Of a DNA stretch of 64,000 nucleotides, positions 12,699-26,100 are shown piece after piece (within the stretch, counting starts at the first letter, position 1; each line of letters starts with the position of its first letter). Made by a program: the position numbers and the translations under genes. The notes below the pieces were generated by a model. That model ran no database searches and had not been told where the DNA came from. It saw nothing but the letters and a program-made list of their open reading frames with translations. Where the stretch lies: contig CM059439.1 in NCBI GenBank assembly GCA_030390025.1, forward strand, positions 83,266,001-83,330,000. The letters run 5' to 3'. The DNA is from Squalus acanthias (lineage: Eukaryota).

Positions 12699-15600
12699 CT
12701 ATCGGATTGTTGTAAAAACCCATCTGGTTCATTAATGTCGTTTAGGGGAGGAAATCTGCCATCCTGACCTGGTCTGGCCTATATGTGACTCCAGACCCAC
12801 AGCAATGTAGTTGACTCTTAACTGCCCTCTGAAATGGCCTAGCAAGCCACTCAGTTGTACCAAACCGCTACGAAAAACAAGAATAATACCGGACGGACCA
12901 CCCGGCATCGACCTCGGCACCGGCTACAGACACGACAACGGCACACCCAGCCCAGGCGACCCTGCAAAGCCCTCCTCACCAACATCTGGGGGCTTGTGCC
13001 AAAATTGGGAGAGCTGTCCACAGACTAGTCAAGCAACAGCCTGACATAGTCATACTCACAGAATCATACCTTTCAGCCAATGTCCCAAACTCCTCCATCA
13101 CCATCAGGACAGGCCCACCAGGGGTGGCGGCACAGTGGTAAACAGTCGGGAAGGAGTGGCCCTGGGAGTCCTCAACATTGACTCCGGACCACATAAAGTA
13201 TCATGGCTTCAGGTCAAACATCGGCAAGGAAACTTCCTGCTGATTACCACCTACTGCCCTCCCTCAGCTGATGAATCAGTACTCCTCCATGTTGAACATC
13301 ACTTGGAAGAAGCACCGAGAGTAGCAAGGGCACAGAATGTACTCTGGGTGGGGGACTTCAATGTTCATCACCAAGAGTGGCTCAGTAGAACCACTACTGA
13401 CTGAGCTGGCCAAGTCCTGAAGGACATAGCTGCCAGACTGGGCCTGCGACAGGTGGTGAGAGAACCAACACGAGGGAAAAACCGACTTGACCTCGTCCTC
13501 ACCAATCTACCTGTCGCAGATGCATCTGTCCATGACAGCATTGGTAGCAGTGACCACCACACAGTCATTGTGGAGATGAAGTCCCAGCTTCACCCTGAGG
13601 ACACCCTCCATTGTGTTGTGTGGCACTGCCATTGTGCTAAATGAGATAGATTCAGAACAGATCTAGCAGCTCAAAACTGGGCATCCATGAGGCGCTGTGG
13701 GCCATCAGCAGCAGCAGAATTGTATTCCACCACAATCTGCAACCTCATGGACCGGCATATCCCTCACTCTACCATTACCATCAAGCCAGAGGGCCAGCCC
13801 TGGTTCAATAAGGAGTGTAGAAGAGCATGCCAGGGAGCAGCACCAGGCGTACCTAAAAATGCGGTGCCAACCTGGGGAAGCTGCAACACAGGACTACATG
13901 CATGCTAAAAAGCGGAAGCAGCATGCTATAGACAGAGCTAAGCGATCCCACAATCAACGGATCAGATCAAAGCTCTGCAGTCCTGCGACATCCAGTCGTG
14001 AATGGTGGTGGACCATTAAACAACTAACGTATGGAGCAGGCTCCAAGAATATCCCCATCCTCAATGATGGTGGAGCCCAGCACGTGAGTGCAAAAGACAA
14101 GGCTGAAGTGTTTGCAACCATCTTCAGCCAGAAGTGCTGAGTGGATGATCCATATCGGCCTCCTCCTGAGGTCCCCACCATCACAGATGCCGGTCTTCAG
14201 CCAATTCGATTCACTCCACGTGATATCAAGAAATGGCTGAGCGCACTGGATACAGCAAAGGCTGTGGGCCCCGACAACATCCTGGCTATCGTGCTGAAGA
14301 CTTGTGCTCCAGAACTAGCCGTGCCTCTAGCCAAGCTGTTCCAGTTCAGCTATGACACTGGCATTTATCCGACAATGTGGAAAACTGCCCAGGTATGTCC
14401 TGTCCACAAAAAGCAGGACAAATCCAGTCCAGCCAATTACCATCATCAGTCTACTCTCAATCATCAGCAAAGTGATGGAAGGTGTCGTCGACAGTGCTAT
14501 CAAGCAGCACTTACTCACCAATAACCTGCTCACTGATGTCCAGTTTGGGTTCCGCCAGGACCACTCAGCTCCAGACCTCATTACAGCCTTGGTCCAAACA
14601 TGGGCAAAAGAGCTGAATTCCAGAGGTGAGGTGAGAGTGACTGCCCTTGACATCAAGGCAGCATTTGATCGAGTGTGGCATCAAGGAGCCCTAGTAAAAC
14701 TGAAGTCAATGGGAATCAGGGGGAAAACTTTCCACTGGCTGGAGTCATACCTAGCACAAAGGAAGATGGTTGTGGTGGTTGGAGGTCAATCATCACAGCC
14801 CCAGGACATCGCTGCAGGAGTTCTTAAGGGCAGTGTCCTAAGCTCAACCATCTTCAGCTGCTTCATCTATGACCTTCCCTCCATCATAAGGTCAGAAATG
14901 GGGATGTTCGCTGATGACTGCACAGTGTTCAGTGCCATTTGCAACTCCTCAGATAATGAAGCAGTCCATGCCCACATGCAGCAAGACCTGGACGACATTC
15001 AGGCTTGGGCTGATAAGTGGCAGGTAACATTCACACCACACAAGTGCCAGGCAATGACTATCTCCAACAAGTGAGCGTCTAACCACCACCCCTTGACATT
15101 TAACGGAATTACCATCGCCGAATCCCCCTCCATCAATATCCTGGGGGTCACCATTGACCAGAAACTTAATTGGACCAGCCACATAAATACTGTGGCAACA
15201 AGAGCAGGTCAGAGGCTAGGTATTCTGCAGGCGAGTGTCTCACCTCCTGACTCCCCAAAGCCTTTCCACCATCTACAAGGCACAAGTCAGGAGTGTGATG
15301 GAATACTCTCCATTTGCCTGGATGAGTGCAGCTCCAACAACACTCAAGAAGCTCGACACCATCCAAGACAAAGCAGCCCGCTTGATTAGCAAACCATCCA
15401 CCACCTGAAACATTCACTCCCTCCACCACCAGTGTACCGTGGCTGCAGTGTGTACCATCTACAAGATGCACTGCAGCAACTCGCCAAGGCATCTTCGACA
15501 GCACCTCCCAAACCCGTAACCTCTTCCACCTAGAAGGACAAGGGCAGCAGGCACATGGGAACACCACCACCTCCAAGTTCCCCTCCAAGTCACACACCAT

Positions 15601-15814
15601 CCTGACTTGGAAATATATCGCCGATCCTTCATCGTCGCTGGGTCAAAATCCTGGAACTCCCTCCCTAACAGCACTGTGGGAGTACCTTCACCACACAGGA
15701 CTGCAGCAGTTCAAGAAGGTGGCTCACCACCACCTTCTCAAGGGCAATTAGGGATGGGCAATAAATGCTGGCCTTGCTAGTGATGCCCACATCTCAGAAA
15801 CGAATTTTAAAAAA
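12699..15814 (+). mobile_element. Second-family non-LTR retrotransposon (CR1/Jockey group), about 3.1 kb, APE plus RT, degraded
   Basis: WVGDFNVHH, LDLVLTN, SDH (APE); LDIKAAFDRVWH, FADDCTVF (RT); 3' end 'gggcaataaatgctggcc...aaaaaa'. Confidence 0.88.
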
Positions 15815-17139
15815 GATACAAAACTTGGCAAAGTAGATGATCATGATGAGGATAGCTATAGGCTTCAGGATGACATAGACAGGATGGTGGGCAGATGGAG
15901 TTCAATGTGGAGAAGTGTGAAGAGATGCACTTTGGGAGGACTAATATAGAAAGACAGTATACTATAAATGGCACAATTTTGGAAAGTGTAGGTGAGCAAA
16001 GAGACCTTGACCTTGATGTCTATATACACAAATCCTTCAAGGTGACAGGGCAAGTTGATAAGGTGGTTAAAAAAGCATATGGCTTACTTGGGTTTAGAAA
16101 TAGAGGAATAGAATATAAAAGCAGAGATCATGCTAAAACTTTATAAATCACTGGTTAGGCCTCAGCTGGAGTATTGTGGACAATTCTGGGCACCACACTT
16201 CAGGAAAGATGTAAAGGCCTTAGAAAGGGTACAGAGGAGGTTTACCAGGATGTTCCCAGGGATGAGGGACTTCAGTTATGAGGAGAGGTTGGAAAAGTTA
16301 GGACTGTTTTCCTTGGAACAGAGAAGGTTAAGAGGTGACCTAATAGAGGTTTTCAAGACGATGAGAGGTTTTGATGAGAGTAGATACAGAAAAACTATTC
16401 CCTCTGGCGAATGGGTCAAGAACCAGAGGTCATAGATTTAAAATCATTGGCAAAAGGTCTAGAGGGACGATGAGGAAAAAAAATTTTCACCCAGAGTTGT
16501 CGGGATCTGGAACGCTCTACCTGAACAGGTGGTGGAAGCTGATTCCATCAATAATTTTAAAAGGGAGTTGGACAGGTACTGGAGGATGAGGAACTTACAG
16601 GGTTACGGACAAAAAGCGGGGATGTGGGACTGAGCACGACTGCTCTTTCAAAGAGCCAGCACAGGCACGACGGGCCGAATGGCCTCCATCTGTGCTGTAC
16701 GTGTCTATGATTCTATGATAACAGTGCTGTGAAATGCACCACTTTACAATGTCAGGCAGATTCCGCAGCATCTGCAAATCAGGTGTGCAAGCACAGCTCA
16801 ATCTTGCACACACGGGAGTTGGGAGTTGCAACATAGATTTCTGGCTGCTAACCACTTCCTTATGTCTGGGCAGGTACATACAGGCCAGTAACTGCAATGC
16901 CTCATTGCTGACCTCTGTGGGTAAGCTGAGTGCTCAGGCCGTCTGTCAACAGAAAATTGGAGGCTGTTACCTCCAGGGGCGCAAGTTGTTGTTGCTGCTG
17001 CTTCGGTTCTGCTGCCTCCTAATGTGACTGAGATAGATGCCTCTGCAGTGGGTCTTACAGGCAGTAGTACCACCTCATTCACTATAAAGCAATAGTTTTC
17101 AAACTCTTCTGTGTACAGAGACCACCCCCCGCACCCAGA

Positions 17140-18640
17140 AGTAGTGACACCCCTTGCCCCTCTGCAAATACTAACACACTCCCAGGGACCCCCTGAAATA
17201 TTGGCAGATTCCCAAGGACCCCTGTAAACACGAACACACACTCCAAGTGAGCTCCCCTGTAAATAGTGGTACACTCCTGGGTACCCCCTGTAAATAGTGA
17301 CACACTCCCAGGGAGTGGGACCCCTGTAAATACTGACACTCTCGGGGACCCCTGTAAATATTGAAACACGCTCCCGGGGTCCCCTGTAATTACTGACACA
17401 CTCCTGGGTAACCCCTGCAAATACTGACCCACTCCTGCAAAACCTCTGTAAATACTGACACTCCCCCGGGGACCCCCTGTAAATACTGACACTCCCCCGG
17501 GGAGCCCCTGTAAATACTGACACTCCCCCGGGGACCCCCTGTAAATACTGACACTCCCCCGGGGACCCCCTGTAAATACGGACACTCCCCCGGGGACCCC
17601 CTGTAAATACTGACACTCCCCCGGGGACCCCCTGTAAATACTGACACACTCCCGGGGAACCCCTGTAAATACTGACACACTCTCCCGGGGACCCCTGTAA
17701 ACAGTGACACTCCCGCGGACCCCTGTAAATACTGACACACTCTCCCGGGGACCCCTGTAAACATTGACACACTCTCCCGGGGACCCCTGTAAATACTGAC
17801 ACACTCTCCCGGGGACCCCTGTAAACATTGACACACTCTCCCGGGGACCCCTGTAAATACTGACACACTCTCCCGGGGACCCCTGTAAATACTGACACAC
17901 TCTCCCGGGGACCCCTGTAAATACTGACACACTCTCCCGGGGACCCCTGTAAATACTGACACACTCTCCCGGGGACCCCTGTAAACATTGACACACTCTC
18001 CCGGGGACCCCTGTAAACATTGACACACTCTCCCGGGGACCCCTGTAAATACTGACACACTCTCCCGGGGACCCCTGTAAATACTGACACACTCTCCCGG
18101 GGACCCCTGTAAATACTGACACACTCTCCCGGGGACCCCTGTAAATACTGACACACTCTCCCGGGGACCCCTGTAAATACTGACACACTCTCCCGGGGAC
18201 CCCTGTAAATACTGACACACTCTCCCGGGGACCCCTGTAAATACTGACACACTCTCCCGGGGACCCCTGTAAACATTGACACACTCTCCCGGGGATCCCT
18301 GTAAACATTGACACACTCTCCCGGGGACCCCTGTAAACATTGACACACTCTCCCGGGGACCCCTGTAAATACTGACACACTCTCCCGGGGACCCCTGTAA
18401 ATACTGACACACTCTCCCGGGGACCCCTGTAAATACTGACACACTCTCCCGGGGACCCCTGTAAACATTGACACACTCTCCCGGGGACCCCTGTAAATAC
18501 TGACACACTCTCCCGGGGACCCCTGTAAACACTGACACACTCTCCCGGGGACCCCTGTAAATACTGACACACTCTCCCGGGGACCCCTGTAAACACTGAC
18601 CCACTCCTGTGAAACCTCTGTAAATACTGACAGACACACT
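17140..18640. repeat. Minisatellite of 31/32-bp units (GGGGACCCCTGTAAATACTGACACACTCTCCC), roughly 45 copies
   Basis: Period 32 at about 17640-18600, period 31 at about 17445-17640, degenerate units to the left. Confidence 0.95.
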
Positions 18641-18646
18641 CGGGCA

Positions 18647-18684
<38 letters not shown>
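18647..18684 (+). repeat. Poly-G tract (38 nt)
   Basis: Seen directly. Confidence 0.9.
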
Positions 18685-18685
<1 letters not shown>

Positions 18686-19384
18686 GGAAGCTCCCTTGCA
18701 AATACTCCTGTGGGCATGGGCTGTCCTAACTTTGGAAAGATGGTCTAAGCTAATCAAAACACTGTCATTGCAAAAATGTTCATTTCTGCTGCTGTATGTA
18801 TACGAATTAATGCACTTTAAAAATCAACAAATGCAGAAACATTCAGAAATCTGATGATCTCAGAAGCCCCTGGGATCTCATCATAGTGACTCCGATTTGA
18901 AAACTTAGGCTTTGATGTGCTGATGCTCGAGTCGACTTGAAGTGATTCCATCACAGTGCTGTGGCTGCCGACTGTGAATGCAGTATTAAGGACAACATGT
19001 GGAGACCACCTGTCTGTGGTGAACTCCGAACACTTGAGGGTGAATGAATGATTCAGAAACCAACCTGTAGCAGGAGCTTCCTACTGGTGAAAAAAACACT
19101 TGAAGCCTGCCCCACAGGAGGCAATTATGGGCAGATTTCACCGCATTGCAGCAACAGAACAAGACGTGTGGTCGAACTCGGTGTCAAAGCAACACCTTAG
19201 ATATCATTTAATACAAGGGGTGGTGGCGCCTGCTGTTAGTACAGCCCTGCAATGAAAAGCATTTATCTCCATTAAATATCAGCGTGTTTTACATCAGTGT
19301 CCACGATGCTAAACGACAGTTCAATTGCACTTTCCTATTAAGTTGAAGAAAATGACGCAGCTTCCCCGCCAATCAGCTCGATGT

Positions 19385-19745
19385 TACATAGGAACAGGAG
19401 GAGGCCATTCAGCCCCTCGAGCCTGTTCCACTATTGAATTAGATCATGGCTGATCTGTATCTTAACTCCATCTGCCCACCTTGGTTCTGCAACCCTTCAA
19501 AGCCTTGCCTAACAAAAATTCTATCAATCTCAGTTTTGAAATTTTCAACTGACCCCCAGCCTCAACAGTTTTTTTTGGGCGGGGGGGAAGAGTTTTCCAG
19601 ATTTCCACTACCCTTTGTATGAAGTGATTCCTGACATCACCCCTGAACAGCCTAGCTCTAATGGTAAGGTTATGCCTCCTTGTGCTGGACTTCCCACCAG
19701 AGGACAGTTTCTCTCTCAATCTACCCAATCAAATCCTATTAAACA
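19385..19745 (-). mobile_element. CR1 3' fragment
   Basis: RNHFIQRVVEIW-type C-terminus and CR1 tail. Confidence 0.75.
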
Positions 19746-20914
19746 CCTCAATGAGATCACCCCTTTTTCTTCAATACTTCCTATGTTATTACGGGAAGAC
19801 TTGATTGAAGGTTTTTTGTGTGTCTGACATCTATATTAGATGCTTCTCATATTGCTTTCTGGTGAAAGGTGTCTCTAACTGCCACCGATGGAACTGTGGC
19901 AATGAGTATTGTAAGGAGCTTTTACTCTCAGGAGAGCAGTGTTACCCCGGCCTCTGTGCACCACCTTACCCCAGTTTCATTACTCACACAGCCCTGCTTT
20001 TCATCAGCCCGTAGGCCTCTGATTGGGAATATCCAGATTCATTTCTCTGTGCAAGTATGCACTGTTAATGACATCATTACAGGTTGTCATCCAAGTGTGT
20101 TCATGCAACTTATGTCCTGAAGTTCTCAGGCTCATGAGACAAGACCAGCTTCCTGCATTTAGTGGGCTTTAAGTGAAGCCGATTATTTCAGTGGCAGCTC
20201 ACAAAACCCACAAAGATGTGAGTCTCCGCTGCTGATGGAATGATGGAGGCCAGTTAGTTTATGTTTACGAGTGCGGGACAGCTTGCCATCAGCTGCACTC
20301 TCCCAATGTAACAGGGCACGCACACAGGTCGCAGCTGAACCTGCAACATCCCAATGATGGGCAAATTCACTCTCAGTAGCTTTTGTAACTCTAACTTATG
20401 AAGACACACTCACAGAACCAAACTTGTTTTCATTGAAGAAGATTGTGAGGAGACGTGATCTAGGTTTTAAAATGCTACGAGGAATGGATAATGTGGATGC
20501 AGGCAGGCAATTTAACTTGGACCGTGAGCACAGAGCGAGAGAACACAAGCCCAGTATTAAAGAGAGTCAACCAAGACAAGATTAGAAGGAATTATGTTCC
20601 TCATACGGTAACGGGGTATGTGGACACTGCTCCTCGTGGAGGCAGTTAATGCTCGGTAAGTAACACCGCTTTAAAAGGGAGCTGCGTAAATATCAGATTA
20701 GGAATAGGATTGAGGGTTGTAAGGGAAGTACCGATAGAGATGATTGAATGCACTGGGGAATTATTATTTCCTGAGCTGCTGGAATGGTGCAAATATTACA
20801 CCAAGGATGGGAACTGGTCAAGGAGAAATCATATAGTGTCAGTATTATGGAGCTCTGCTTGATTAGCTTGGGTGGGAGGAGGAGGAGGAGGAGGAATAGG
20901 TAAAACATTGCAGA

Positions 20915-21265
20915 ACCTTTGAGGGTAGTAGGTCTGTGGAATTTGCTGCCCCAGGAAGCTGTGGAAGCTACATCATTAAATAAATTTAAAACAGAAATAG
21001 ACAGTTTCCTAGAAGTAAAGGGAATTAGGGGTTACGGGGAGCGGGCAGGAAATTGGGCATGAGGCGGAGTTCGGATCGGTCAGGGCCCTGTGGGTGGTGT
21101 AGCGGGCCCAGGGGCTGAGTGGCCGGGTCCTGCTCCTACTTCTTGTGTTCTTTAGATTTGAGGTGAGGATCAGATCAGCCATGATCTTATTGAATGGCGG
21201 AGCAGGCTCGAAGGGCCGATTGGCCTACTCCTGCTCCTATTTCTTATCTTATGTTCTTATGTTCT
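20915..21265 (+). mobile_element. CR1 3' fragment, subfamily of 28140-30500
   Basis: Shares 'aaatttaaaacagaaatagacagtttcctagaagtaaaggg' and the double tail. Confidence 0.8.
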
Positions 21266-21629
21266 TCCCTCAGATTAAGGGGGATGGGTGGAGTCCACGA
21301 TGGAATGGAATGTGTACCGTCTGTGAAGGGATTGATGTGCCAACTGGCCATTTCTGATTCCATAATCTCTTACATAATGGAAATACAGCTTAAAGAAAAC
21401 ACTTGCTTAGGCGCCAGTTAATTCCCAATACATTGTGCAGCATTGCATAACAGGATAAAAGGAACATTTTGCTTGTCCCAGGATTGATGAGTAGGATTGT
21501 CAACATTGACAAGTTTGACCTCTCACTTTTTTTCTTCCTCATTGCATAAGAGTTTCGGTCTGTGCGTTTTTTGCTTTCTAATTGTTCACTTTCTATATTT
21601 CTTGCATTTTAAATTCATCAATCATATTA

Positions 21630-21930
21630 GGCCAAATCCCATCTGCCTGTTCAGGTGGAAATAAAGATTCCATGGCACTATTTGAAGAAGAGCAGGGGAG
21701 TTATCCTGGTGCCCTGGCCAACATTTATGCTTCAAGCACCATCACCAAGAACAGATCTGCTGGTCATTCACCTCATTGCTGTTTGTGGGACCTTGCTATG
21801 CACAAAATGGCAGCCATCTTTCCCAACGTAACAACAGTAAGCGTGCAAAGTAATTCATTGTTTGTGAAGTGCTTTGGGATGTTTGCGAGAGGTATGTTAA
21901 GGTGCTTTTAAATGCAGTTTCTTTCTTTTC
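21630..21930 (+). mobile_element. DeuSINE 3' part, diverged
   Basis: 'ccatggcactatttgaagaagagcagggg' core. Confidence 0.65.
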
Positions 21931-24900
21931 TGTACTCCAGGTTGAAACCAGTGTTTACTGGATTAATCTTCCAGCTGTTATCGGCAGGTAAATGATAGCT
22001 GCAGTTTCCTCTTTTTGTCCTACTTTTAAAAACTTGTTAAGACTGTTGTTCATGGCTTTTACAGGCAGCGAATCACTGTTTCACTTCAAGTGGCTGCTGA
22101 AACAATACTTTACTGTCCCCAGACCTTTTCTTTTCAGTATTATAGTCGATCTGTTCTTGAATTCAATGGCCACTCTCTTCTTCATTAAGCATCCTGCGCA
22201 CACTGTTAGGAGTTAAGCCTGACTTGATTGGCTCTGGAGAAACCGTCTGCTCAGCCTGCTCATAAACCGTCCTGACACTGCGGACAGGGATGCTGTAACA
22301 TGGTCTCCCAGAAGGACACATTTGTATTGCCGCAGCTAAAAAAACATTATGCTTCGAAGGATACAAGTTTCCCCTGTGAGGGAGCGGGGAAGTAGGAGGA
22401 AAACAGTGGCAACTTCTATGAGGAACTCTTTTGTATTTTAAATAGCGAGGATCAGCATCCACTCCCAGATCTGGTAGCACGTAGGTGCAGAGTCCGTCAA
22501 CTGCAAAATGGTGCTTTGGGCCCAAGTTCAGAACAGCATCCTCCTCTGCATCAGTGTAACATTTTCCATTAGTCACACCAACCACCTTTGTGGGTTCTTT
22601 GAATGGAGTCTCAGAGCTGAAAGGATAGTGTGCTAACTCACTCCAACATCCAGTTCCACTTTCAGCTCCCCCCGGCCAAAACATTATAATGAAGGACAAG
22701 GAACAGTTAATCCCCAACTCATTACCAGTCAACACCAATTGATCTTCCAGGTTAAATAACTTCAGACAACCATGGCTCACTCCTCTTTTGAGAAAGATAA
22801 TTTCTATAAGCCTCTCATCTATCTTGGAGCTAGGGTACCATCCTGAATACAATCCAAGACCGGGTCGCCTACTTCTTCATGAAGGCTTGTATGAGGCACC
22901 TAGGTTGAAAGCCTTCTGGAAAAACAATGCAAGCGGGTTTCTCTTGAGCCTTACAACCCTCCACAATCTTGGACAAAGCCACAACCTGCCCTGTGCATTC
23001 CTTCAGAGAATTGGGTTGCCAACGAAAGAAAATGCCCAGTTCCCCCATCATTGTCATCCTTCATCTGATGACCACAAAACAAACTCAACGAAGAAATTCA
23101 CCAATTGAGAAAAAAAAAGGAATGTCTAGACTCCAACTGAATGGCTTCCAACAAAAAAAAGGCTTATGTTGCTGTCACAGTACAAGTGGAATATAACAAT
23201 GCCAGGGAATGAAGCAGCCTTTACACAGTTCCAGTAATGCGTCTGGCTGGACTTTGTTCATGTTTCCGGACTCCAAATATTTTATTGGAGCTGACAGAAG
23301 GAGAAGTGCAATCAGGCAACGATTTTTGGAGGCCTCTCTCGGTGATTCCTGAGGAATTGGTACACCCTGATGTTGTGCTAGCAAACCGATGCTGGGTTTT
23401 TTTTTTCTTACTGCTTTTATGATGTCTTTTTCCTCCGGGTTTTCCTCTTTTCATCTCACTATCCTTTCATCTCTGAGACACTAACCGTCGCCGAAGTACA
23501 TTTTCACAGACACAAAATAGCCCTCCTGTAACTCACCCAGGTTGGCATTCCTCATGTGCGAGTTGAATCACTGAGTGTTGATGGGGCTAGTTGACCACGG
23601 AGGGCATCACAGCGCAGTCCAGAAGAAGTCACTGGGTAATGACCAGGAGCAGGAATCCCAACTGAGTTTGTTTTCTTTCCCAGCTCAGGGGTGCTCTGGC
23701 TACTGTAGCATCCATAATCAATGTCCCAGCAGAGACCAGCTCACTCAGCACAGACCTGGGACCTTCCTATTCTGTACAATTCAGTTCCACTCTGGGCAGC
23801 ACAAGTACAAACTGAGCCATTAAAGCAGTTGGATTCACTCCAGTCCCAGGGAGAGCGTTACACTTGATTCCTTATATTAAACAAATGAATCAGTCTGCTG
23901 TGATTCCTGAGCTAGCAACTCTGGAAATGTATGCAGTTTGAATGTGGATTACACCATTGGGAGCAAACCTTTTCCATTCAACCTGTTCTTAACCTTTTTT
24001 TCCCCCTCCAAGAAATTGATCCGAAATCCTTTCAGAGTGGGTTTGAAGAGCTGTTTTAGGGAAGCGTTGTGGGGCAGACTCAGATCAAACAGCTCGTCTT
24101 GCAAACCTGACCATAAGAGTTGTCACGTTGAACTTAAAGGCAACTTCACGTTTTAGCCTGTTGTGGCACAAACTTGTTCAATCTGGTTTCTGTATGGTTA
24201 GGCTTAGATTTATTAAGACTGAGGTTTCAAAGATACAGTACTCAGCACCAGAGGCAGCCATCATCGATCACACATAATTGCACCCGCTACTGTATATAAA
24301 CAATAAAGTGGTTTGCATGATGCGTTGCCATGGGGATACAGTCCTGTTCAAAGCTGCACAATCCTTTCTTTAATAAGCAGACTGCCAGTTCTAGAGAAAC
24401 TACTCTCACACGCAACGTGTAGGGCAGGATTTGGCTTCAGATGAGCTCATGCTCCGGGGACACCAACCTGCATTGTTTCCATGAGGCCTTCAGTCTGGTG
24501 CCTCACTAAGAAACTGGAAGCTATGGGAGTACGTAGCCAAGTCTTGGATTTTATCTGATGTGTATTCCAGCTCCTAAGAGAGACTCGCTGAACCGATCTC
24601 TCTCAAAAGAGGACACAGGCAAGGTTGTCTACCATCGCCCATCCTGTTCGATTTCTTAAATCAGTGGTGGCATCATTGGGCTAGCTCAGAGTGCTTGTTC
24701 CAGGCCTTTCTGAAAGTATTGCTATTTTTCACAGCTGATAGTGTTGTTGACAGACTCACTACTGCATTCTACTGTCTATCTTCAACAATGGGCTAACCAG
24801 TGGGATGTGATTTTATGTGCACCTAATGTGCACGCTCAAGGAGGTATTTGGAAGGTATTGATTGGAAAACACCAGGGGCATCTGTCTTACTTGTCCGTTC

Positions 24901-25079
24901 CTGCAGTCCTGGTGGATACCAGCTTCAGCCTGGACACAATCCCTTGGGGTCAGGCAGAGAAGGGCGAAGGGCACTCTGATCTTCCTCCTCTTTCTTCAAT
25001 GACAGCAAAGCCCCAATTTAGATTAAGCTTGTGGTGCCTAAAACATGTTTACAAACAACTCTCTTTCATGGTTCAGAAC

Positions 25080-26100
25080 TCCACCAACCCCCCTCATAAG
25101 GTAACCCATCCTCCTATCTTGAGTAACTCCCCACCTATGTAATGTAACTGTCTCCCATGTTATGTAAATCTCCGTATTAAGCAACTCTCCCACTCTTGCC
25201 CCCCATGTGAGTTAACGCTAACCCCTGTATTATGTAACACTTCCCCTTGTAAAGAAACTCTTGCCCATGTGTTAGATAATTCTTCATCAATTTCAGGTAA
25301 CCCTTGTATTATTATGTAACTCTCACCCCCCCCCCCCACCCCCTTCTCCCCCTCCACCACCCCACGTCTTAAGTAATTCTCCATTCTGTATTATGGAAGT
25401 CTTCCCCCGTGTTAAGTAACTCCAGCCCCCTCACTATATTATGTGATTCTGGGTATCTAACTGCTCCCCCATGTGTTAGGTAGCTCCTCCCTCTTCCAAC
25501 CCCCCCCCCCCCCCCCACCCCCAAACCAAGTATTCAGTATTTACCTCGTGTTAGGTTACTCCCCCACCTCCCCCCCCCCACCCCGGCCAGGTTAGTGTCT
25601 CCTCTGGGGTTATGAACTCACCCGCCCCCCCCACCCCCACGTGTTAGCCAGCTTGTGCAGAGAACACAGGTTTACTGAAAATGTTCAGAAGGGAGCTGTA
25701 CGGGTTCCTGCGAGTAGCCAATAGAACAATCGAAGGTAGGTGGGTATCGGGGGATGTGTCACTGGGGTCTCCTAGAACTTGTTTGATTGTCTTCGGGGTT
25801 CAGAGAGGAATTTTCCAGTCCCCCCCCCCCAAATTGGCCTCGGGTTTCTTTTTGTGTAACATACTGGTGGGGGGCGGGGGAGAGATGGGGGTCATGGTGT
25901 GTATAAGCTGTACAATAACCATATGGAGCAGGCTAATTGAATCAGCTGGCCTTTTCCTGTCCTTAGTCTTTGTATGTTCGCAGATAACTCCCATGCGTGC
26001 TAGATATACTTCGCCTCTATTATATACCCCGCCCCTCCCCTCCCATGTTCAATAATTCTTTCTTGGGTTGGTAACTCTCTTCTTGTATTTTGTTTCTCTA
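25080..26100. repeat. Degenerate C-rich low-complexity or old minisatellite region
   Basis: Recurrent 'gt(a/g)tta(t/g)gtaactc' motifs separated by poly-C runs. Confidence 0.5.

Larger units (their letters stand above)
8890..16715 (+). mobile_element. Older CR1 LINE split into three pieces (8890-8935, 12313-12698, 15815-16715)
   Basis: Pieces join into continuous CR1 ORF2-like sequence: HLERHRLIKESQ|HGFVKGKS ... MFAD|DTKLG ... RPQLEYCGQFW; tail near 16700. Confidence 0.85.

Noticed and set aside
17140-18640. CRISPR-like array
   Set aside because: Units are contiguous with no unique spacers, there are no cas genes, and the context is vertebrate.
16798-18757. Three long minus-strand ORFs (639, 539, 455 aa)
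   Set aside because: They arise from a stop-free 31/32-bp repeat; all three frames give the same cycling peptide, and the poly-Pro comes from the G-run.
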